Assembly: GCF_006345805.1 (NCBI RefSeq)
Contig: NC_043002.1
Coordinates: 32,798,001-32,862,000, forward strand
Length of the DNA stretch: 64,000 nt
Direction: 5' to 3'
From: Octopus sinensis
Taxonomy: Eukaryota
The notes beneath the pieces were generated by a model. That model was not told where the DNA came from. It did no database searches and saw only the letters and a program-made list of their open reading frames with translations. Shown piece by piece: positions 54,836-64,000 of the stretch. The position numbers were made by a program, and so were the translations under genes. Position 1 is the stretch's first letter. Every line of letters starts with the position of its first letter.

Positions 54836-54900
54836 TTTGGATTCCGCATATCAAAAAGTATCTTCGAATCGAAGATACTTTTTGATATGCGGAATCCAAA
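54836..54900. repeat. Perfect palindrome, 32-bp arms, 1-nt spacer
   Basis: TTTGGATTCCGCATATCAAAAAGTATCTTCGA-A-TCGAAGATACTTTTTGATATGCGGAATCCAAA. Confidence 0.95.
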
Positions 54901-55306
54901 GTGGGATCCATTCTTTTACCACTGCGTTTCGATTTCAAGTTTGATGACCAGGAAGTATCTACCGAACCAGAAGAAGCAACAGATGATCCGGATAACTTTG
55001 GTACTAGCTAATCAGACCCACAGTAATTTAATGAAAATGAGCTGAATGACTTGTTAATAGGGCTTACGCTTATCAGAAGAGTCTGCAGAAGTTTTGGTGT
55101 CTCGATTATATTAATTTTTGTGTTGTGTGTTCTATTAAAGTATTTAACATAATCTGTCATCTGGGTTTAGTCCACAGTGCTACTATATCACTCAGGACAA
55201 ACCAACGTTTATAAGAGAAATTTGCTTGAAAAACGTCTGTGCCAGCCTGATGTACTTGCACGCACACACATACATACATACATACATACATACATACATA
55301 CATACA

Positions 55307-55341
<35 letters not shown>

Positions 55342-55999
55342 CAGCATCAAAATAGTGCTTTGTAAACATTGAATCCTTCTCAGCACCTCCTTGTTACACG
55401 CAAATCGACTTTACGTTTCCCCCTTACAAGATGAATAAAATTAGTACTGAGTCGATATACTCGTGTAAAATCCTGGACACCAATGCCTAGTGCGGCCGCA
55501 ACCCAGTGATGCAGTCCAGTAAAAAACACAAAAGACTAAAAGTGCCTATATATAATTTTCACTTTATAACTTTTTTTTTGTAATAACCTGATAATAATTG
55601 CTGTGAAAATCCATTGTTCTTTGTTGAATTTATTATTTTTTTTTGTTATTGATTTGGTATATGCCTGTGTATATATGTTGATGGGTGTATACGTGTGTGT
55701 CGAGAAAGTGACAATTATACATGTAATAAATCAGTATTCGTGCATTTTATCAAAATAAAAATGTCAGTATTTTTGTTCTCCTACAGTTACAGCCTCGTTA
55801 TTAATTTTACATGCTCATCTTCGTATTTGTATACGTCACGCCCATAGTTTATGTCAGACGTGATATATAAATTTCGTATATATCATGTGTTGAGGTAGCT
55901 AGGTTAGAGACGTCAAAGGTATAACATTTTAGGGTGGGAAGAGCTTAAAATATAACTAGAATAAATTAGGTAACAATCAATATTAGTTTCAAATTTTGG

Positions 56000-57160
56000 C
56001 ACAAGGCCAGCAAATTTTGGGGGATGGGTTAAGTTCATTAGATGGACTCCAGCATTCAAATGGTACTTATTTTATCAACCCCGATAATATGGGTATCCTA
56101 AAATTGTATGTTACTAACGTTTCTCAATTTCGAAGTCTCCTCAAAATTGATTTCAAATTTTGGCACAAGACCATCAATTTCAAGGGTGGGTAAGTCAATT
56201 GCATCGATCACAGTTCTCAACTGGTATTTAGTTTATCGACACCGAAAGGTTAAAGACAAAGTTGACCTCGGTGGAATTTGAACAAAGAGCGTAAACACAG
56301 ACGAACTTCCACTAAGCATTTCTCCTGACGTGCTTACGATTCTTATTTCTTTGCTACCCACAAGGGGCCTTACACAGAGGGGACAAACAAGGACAGACAA
56401 ACGGATTGAGTCGATTATATCAACCCCAGTGTGTAACTGGTACTTACTTAATCGACTCCGAAAGGATGAAAGGCAAAGTCGACCTCGGCGGAATTTGAAC
56501 TCAGAACGTAGCGGCAGACGAAATACCTATTTCTTTACTACCCACAAGGGGCCAAACACAGAAGGAACAAACAAGAACAGACAAACGGATTAAGTCCATT
56601 ATACCGACCCTAGTACGTAACTGATACTTATTTAATCGACCCCGAAAGGATGAAAGGCAAAGTCGACCTCGGTGGAATTTGAACTCAGAACGTAGCGGCT
56701 GATGAAATACCTATTTCTTTACTACCCACAAGGGGCTAAACACAGAGGGGCCAAACAAGGACAGACAAACAGATTAAGTCGATTACATCGACCCCAGTGC
56801 GGAACTGGTACTTAATTTATCGACCCCGAAAGGATGAAAGGCAAAGTCGACCTCGGTGGAATTTGAACTCAGAACGTAGCGGCAGATGAAATAGCTATTT
56901 CTTTACTACCTATTTCTTTACTACCCACAAGGAACTAAACACAGAGGGGCCAAACAATATTCTTTTCTACTCTAGGCACAAAACCCGAAATTTCTGGGTA
57001 GGGGGCCGGTCTATTAGATCTACCCCAGTACGTAACCGGGACTTACTTTATCGACCCCGAAAGGATGAAAGGCAAAGTCGACCTCGGGGAATTTTCACTG
57101 AGAACGTAAATATAAACGAAATACCAATTTCTTTATTGCTCACCGGGGGCTAAACACAAA
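56000..57160 (-). mobile_element. Tandem array of family-2 SINE bodies (~184-bp period)
   Basis: GAAAGGATGAAAGGCAAAGTCGACCTCGG recurs at about 56460, 56644, 56828 and 57059. Confidence 0.9.
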
Positions 57161-57249
57161 AATGGACAAAACAACTGATGGGATCAGTAATGCGATATGA
57201 TTTTACATATAATGTGACTCTAAAAATTAAATAAAATATTTAAAAAATC

Positions 57250-58800
57250 GAATGAAATTAACAATACAAAGACAATACAAATGAAGCAATAATAAGGCCA
57301 GGCTCCGACCACACAAGCCAAGATCTATCGCTGGTAACTTTTTTTTTTTTTGTTCTTTCTTTCCGTCTATTCACACGGCTCCTTGCACGCACAATACTCG
57401 TGCAACATGTTTCCATTTCTTTTGGAACGTACACTCCGACAGACATCTCTTCTCCAGCCACACCTTCCTTTTCAAATGAAAAGTAAAAAAATGATCGTAA
57501 ATTTTGGCCAGAGATAAAGTTGCCTGTCTTTAATCCCTTTCATCCTTGTCTTCTATACTGCCTCTTTCGCTATTGCTACAACCATGAGAAAACGATTCTT
57601 CCCTTCGTTTGTTAAAACTCTCGGCGGGTCAATTTTTATAATTGACTCAGTCGACAGCTGTACTCTTCCTTCACCGGACAACAGGTGTTCAGCATAAGCC
57701 CACATTTCAGATATCTCCGGACACTTAACAATAGCGTGAGGGACAGTTTCTCTGTCTCCCCCCGCATCTTAGACAGGTCGGCGACTGACGTTTACCGTGT
57801 CTTGCAAGCTTATCCCAAACGGGCAAGGCACCTCTGTAGCATTGCCAGGTTAAGGATTTTTGGAAGTTGTCCAACGTTCTCAGCCCGAATGTACGGTGAA
57901 ACAAGCTGTCTAGTTGAATAAATCTGAGACCTAGAATCGCCCCCAGGCTATCATCGCATTCAGACTCTACCAACCCACTATATATAATCCGTGTGGAACC
58001 CCCACCGCTGGCGTTGCCCGAGCGTCGAAATAGCAGGAGGGCCTTACGGCACTCTTGATGCCATTCACTCGACCTCGGTTTACGAGAACACCAGGCTTCC
58101 TGTTCGCAAAAGCTTTTGAACTCGAGGAACATTTGTCTGGCCAGTGGAGACCGCATCTGTTCACTATCCAGGAAAATCCAAAAGTGCCTCAACCTCAACG
58201 CATGCCTGCGCATCGTTAACCAAGGCATCCCTAAACCTCCCTTTAGAGGCTTTTGACAGCAAACAGAGCGTTTCATAAGTGGCGACCTGCCTTTCCACCA
58301 CATACAAAAGTGGAGAGAGCGGACATCCTTGACGAACCGACCGTCTGGTGCAGAACGGTTTCGAAAGAAAACCGTTCACCCGAATTATCGTGTCAATGTT
58401 GTGGTACAAAGCGATAAACCACTCGAGGAAGCCAAGGCCCAGGCCGAACCGCACAAGCACAGTCGCTAGGTATCGATGGTCAACCCTATTTTCCCTCTAG
58501 ATATGTTATATTCTGCCAGATGGGCTTTAGACATTTTTATGCCTTCTCCTCGCTTACTAGTTCGATTTTTCTTTCTTTTCGGCAGTATGTTTTAAACATA
58601 ATTGTTTTTTTCTTCTCTGTCAATAAAAGTTCTTCTGCGGGTTGAACCTTGACAACGCTGTCTTGAATTTTTATCATGTCCTTGTACGTTAAAATGTCAC
58701 TTTTCTTCGTCGACAGTTGGCAAGTTCTGCCTCTAGCTGCAGACGCAAAACTTCTTTTTTGTTTACCCTCCTCCATTTGAAATCTTTTCACTTCGACACT
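57250..58800 (-). mobile_element. Deleted, degenerate L1/Tx1-type LINE
   Basis: RT motif IRVNGFLSKPF...SVRQGCPLSPLLYV; GGLGMPWL; C-terminal WQCYRGALPV...PTCLRCG knuckle; possible ORF1 remnant (SFASAA) at 58537-58791. Confidence 0.85.
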
Positions 58801-60769
58801 CTTCCCTGCAATCGTTCAATTAAGGGAATGTCCATTTATTCAAAGTAACATATGGATAAAAGACGTCTATGTTAAATTAACTTAATGCTATTGATTACAT
58901 TTGTAAGAAAATCTCAACTTTTCTCTGTTACAGACATAAGAATTACCATTCCCTACTAAATCCGTGATGTTGAATTCAGATCTGTGAATTAGATTTCCTT
59001 ATCGTGTCCAGATTTTGTGTAACCAAGTATCACGCTTTTTTCTTCGTTTCTCGGATTTATTGCATCAACAGACTAAGTTACTTGCCTGTGCCATGCTTTA
59101 TGTTGGTTTGACTTAAATAATATTAAGAGGGTTGCTCTTCAGACACACAGTAATATTTCGCCAGCGAACTGGCATTCTGGACACCTAATCATTGAAAGAG
59201 CTCTCGTTCTGTTTGAATCAAGCATTATATTTCGATTGAAGTTCCCATATCTGCTTTCCACAACAGAGATCTGCTAGTGGAAATTTGTACCATGCTCTTC
59301 AATTATAGCCCTAAGTTTGGTAAGGAAGAAGTGAAGAATATAAAAAATAAAATTTAGGGAACATCCACCATCGTTTTCTTTCATAATATTTTATCATATT
59401 ACCTGCCAGTTCACAATAGGTTTTAGCTCTATGTATCCATGAAAAATTTTAAACCCCAGCATGACCGCAGTCAGAAGATTGAAACAGCTAAAAGATATCA
59501 ACGTTCGATGTATTTTTGTTACCCATTTAATTTGTAACCTCACATTAAATACGGCAATTGCGAATGACATTATTTCAGTCAAACTGCTAAGACAGCATTG
59601 CACTGTGCACAACAAATATGTGGAGTTCAGTTCCTCTTGTTTCCTACTTACAACGAAAACTTCTTCTAGGCAAATTTTATTCCTAATACTTTCGATGTTT
59701 CTTTTATTATTCTTGCGTCTATATTGCCTATACACATTTTTTTGTTGAACGACATCAAATAGACAAGCAGGTTTAATAAAATTAATTATAACACTAGATG
59801 CAAATTACAATATCCTCCTCACTACGCCCTTAGATTATTTCTACAAGTGGATCTTAGGAGATTTAAGCATGCATAGCGATAACGTTTTAGTTATTTCTAG
59901 CAAAATAAACGGGCATAAATATAGCGAAAAAACTTATTTAGTATCTTTAAAGAAAGAGCGCTTATTATCACAGTAACTAATAATGGGACAATCAACTTCT
60001 TCTATGATATGTTAAATCTCAACACAACTAAACACTAACAGTAGGAAACAAAACTGAAAACTCATTCACACCATCAAAAGATACAACCTTCCTACCACCA
60101 AAATATTTCTATCTGAAAGAAGTTTTTTTTTTTTTTTTTGCAGCCCTAATTCGCCCGCAGACTGGGAACGAGAAACTTCGAGTTGTGACTTGCGTAGGAT
60201 CAGCATTGAATTGATGTTTTCCACTCCACCTAAGAATATTCAGTACTTCGTTCTATAAATTGCAACTTAATAAATCCACAAGCTGACTGAAAGAGTGTCT
60301 CTAGACCGATTCTACGTGCAGAAAACCTAAAATACAATTGATGAGAGCTTGACTATAATTTACTTAAACATTTTTACTCTCTGGATTTGAAGACTCTACT
60401 CTCAATTTGTTACCACTAACGTAACACACACACACCCACACACACACACATGCAATTTACCCACAACCATGAATGTTTTCTTTTTCTTTGTATCTATGTA
60501 GGCGGTCTGCAAGAAGTAAGATGCAACAAGTGGTGTGTTGATGACGTTTATAGAAGCAAACCACGTAGACACAGTTGTCCTCTTGATCTCAATCAGAGGC
60601 TCCTTTTCTGTCGGGGAATTCGTGATAATTGAAATTATCTCTTCCTTTCATTTGGAATAAGTGTTAAATTCCACAAGGAACTCGTTTACTCTTCCCCCGA
60701 AGGGAAAATAATTCCATTTAGTCAGGAAGTACTCTTCAGTATGATTTTTGTTATACCGTTGTCTTCATG

Positions 60770-61246
60770 TACATATTCTTTTATTCTTTTGCTGCAGCAC
60801 CGCCTTTAGCCTAATAAATCAACCCCAGGACATAGTCTTTGTAAGCCTAGTACTTATTCTATCGGTCTCTTTAGCCGAACTGCTAAGAGACGGAAACGTA
60901 AACACACCAACATCGGCTGTCAAGCGATGGTGGGGGAGAAACAGACACAAACAACAAACAGATACATACGTATATTATACATATATATATATGTATATAT
61001 ATACATATATATATACACATACACACACATATATATGTATATATATACATATATATACACATACACACACATATATATGTATATGTATACATATATATAC
61101 ACATACACACACATATATATGTATATATATACATATATATACACATACACACATATATACATACACACACATATATACATACACATATATGTATATATAT
61201 ATACATATATACACACACACACACATATATATATACACACACACAC

Positions 61247-61277
<31 letters not shown>

Positions 61278-61518
61278 TATATACACACACACACACACAT
61301 ATATATATATACACACACACACACACATATATATATAGACACACACACACACACACATATATATATACACACACACACACACATATATATATATACACAC
61401 ACACACACATATATATATATATACATACACACACACAAACATATACATACACACACACATATATATGTATATACACACATATACATACACACCCACATAT
61501 ATATACACACACACATAT

Positions 61519-61557
<39 letters not shown>

Positions 61558-61710
61558 TATATACACACACACATATATATACACACACACATATACACAC
61601 ACATATATATACACACACACACACATATATATACACACACACACATATATACACACACACACATATATATACACACACACACACATATATATATATATAC
61701 ACACATATAT

Positions 61711-61741
<31 letters not shown>

Positions 61742-61780
61742 CATATATACACACACACATATATACACACACACACACAC

Positions 61781-61811
<31 letters not shown>

Positions 61812-62135
61812 TATATATACATACACACACATATATATATACATACACACACACATATATATATACATACACACACATATATATATACATACACACACAT
61901 ATATATATACATACACACACATATATATATATATACATACACACACACATATATATATACATACACACACACATATATATATACATACATACACACACAT
62001 ATATACATACACAGACACACATATATACATACACAGACACACACATATATATATATATATACATACAGACACACACTCATATATATATATACATACAGAC
62101 ACACACACTCATATATATATATACAGACACACACA

Positions 62136-62177
<42 letters not shown>

Positions 62178-62185
62178 TACATATG
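60770..62185 (-). repeat. Family-1 SINE 3' half followed by a ~1.2-kb (CA/TA)n compound microsatellite
   Basis: SINE body at 60770-60960, then a mixed ACAC/ATAT array to ~62185. Confidence 0.85.
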
Positions 62186-64000
62186 TTAAATAATTGTAAA
62201 CTGTAACCGTCACCCTTTGGGAGAAAGAGCTTTGGTTATTGTTTAAAAATTGAATTGTGTCCCTGTTTGGGGAAATTGACGATATTTTCACCGTTTAAAC
62301 GGAAGCATTTTTGTTAGAGGGCCTTCGATAGAAGAAAGTCCAAAAATGAATTTCGCTGCAGCCGTCGGCGAGCGCGAACTCATTAAAATTAAAATGGAAG
62401 AAATACAAACCTATTTCGGATTGATCAACGACAAAGACAGTGATTCTAGTATAACACCACCAAACGAAATAAAAAATTAAATTAAAGAAAAGACTATAAA
62501 GTATACAATGTAGAGAAAAAAGAAGATTTGAACACCTGGAGGAAAGCACCAACGAAAAGTGTCTTGGTGCGACTATGAAAGATATCTAATCAGAGGCGGT
62601 AAATTCGCAACAATACAAGCAAGTTTCGAGTCAACGGAGCGTGCAAGGGAGTACTCGACTCGAACCTTGCAAAGTGGAAATATTATATTTTTACCTTTAT
62701 ATCTGGGACGTAGGACGTCCCGGACAAAAATTTAAAATGCCCCCCCCCCCCAAAAGTAGAGCTAGGCTGGATTGTAGCAACACTATACAAGAGGGAGGAC
62801 AAGATACAATTGGTCGAAATTGCAAGAGACGGGCCTACAATTCAAGTCTGTTATATATTTTGAGTATTGTTATCACTAGCGATATCAAGATATAATTCTG
62901 TATTTTGTATTTTATGTGTAGATGTATATATATATAGATGTACATGTAAAATGTACACATATATATATATACACACACACTTATATACATGCAATAGCAG
63001 TATGACCCGGGAACGACAGGGTCATTATGCTAGTAAATCGATATATATGAAACTGAGAATGTGTGTCTGTCTATGTGTGAATCCCTAAAACTTGAGAACT
63101 ACACAACCAATTTCATTCAAATTTTACACATGCATTACTTAGGGTCCATGGAGTGACATGGGCGACATTGAGGCGACTGTACACAGCTACAAGCCCACAG
63201 TCGACGCGGTCGGGTCGGGTCGGGTCGGATCAAGTCGGGTCGGGTCGGGTTGAATAGTATAGAATAGAATAGGCAGACAAACCCCGCGCGACGATACAAC
63301 AAAAAACGTTTACCAAAATTTACGTGTAACGCAGTAACAAAGAAAATTTTAACTCACGACTTCGAAAATGATCATTCTACTTCACCTCTTTCTTTATTAC
63401 CCACTGCGGGCCACACAGAGGGGGACACTACAAACATTGGGGACATAGAACATCACGATTACAAAGAATGAAAGATGAATTTTGAAAATGATATTATGAA
63501 AGTGATGCTAACGGCCCCATCTGCTAGCATCACTTACCTGTCCTTTAGTTGTTAATCCCACACAAATTCTCCTTGTTCAGTTCCTATGCAAAATCCTTCC
63601 ATCTCCATCCTTGTTTCAAACGTCTCTTCCAAATCCCTCATGATTTTTTCGACCATTCTCCCTTCACTTACTTCCCAATCCTCCCCTTCACACATTACCA
63701 TAAACTCGTCCATTCGTTCTTTTCCAATTACTGCATACCTGATCGTTCCTCTGTCACACCATTGATACTCTTCCATTTTCTTTTTAATCTTTTCTTTTCC
63801 CGTCATACATACATTGTTTGACCTGGGTTCATTTTATGTATCTTGGTTGTGTGTATCTTCTTTTCTGTTTTCTTGTTGGAGGAGTGTGGGTGGGTTCACT
63901 GTCTACAGGGAGATGGTGGGACTCAGAGGGTGTGGGTGATGTTGGGGTGGATTGGGGTTCCGTGTTGTTTTCTTTTCCTCTTATTCTCCTCTTCCTCTTT

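Noticed and set aside
59394-59735. Minus-strand 113-aa ORF with a GCAG|GTAAT donor at 59403, and similar exon-like stretches at 54221-54355 and 29707-29976
   Set aside because: No recognisable domain, weak acceptors, and phases do not chain into a consistent model; needs RNA evidence.
60883-62193. Long ORFs (up to 420 aa) of CVYI/HTYI repeats, and similar ORFs at 1772, 4636-4931, 7725-8387, 36378-36893, 43785-44153
   Set aside because: Translations of (CA)/(TA)/(TG) microsatellites, which lack stop codons in some frames; no protein signal.

Overview
AT-rich, microsatellite-dense eukaryotic genomic DNA. The tRNA-derived SINE families and (TA)/(CA)/(AAT) arrays look like octopus/cephalopod DNA (inference). 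Most of the window is transposon relics: Tc1/mariner, hAT, Helitron, CR1/L2, R4-like and Tx1-like LINEs, Penelope-like elements (PLEs) and three SINE families. They appear to sit in the introns or flanks of a minus-strand gene for an extracellular mucin-like protein. That gene has a 2.37-kb Thr/Ser/Asp/Glu repeat exon (9509-11878), a 168-bp exon (8597-8764) and a probable further exon at the window edge (1-84), all phase 1. The most striking unexplained signal is a set of type I hammerhead-ribozyme (HHR) motifs from at least six different sequence families: 1444-1499, 16136-16242, 16904-16942/18712-18754, 21461-21505, 34335-34416 and 52267-52309/52566-52608. Most have a palindromic stem III. 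Most sit in PLE pseudo-LTR-like, fold-back or tandem (retrozyme-like) elements, several inserted into (TA)n tracts. Two families carry a U3-A8 covariant core, one unit begins almost exactly at its predicted self-cleavage site, and one lies downstream of a tRNA-like Pol III head. All calls were made by eye without alignment or folding software. Ends of degenerate elements are approximate.
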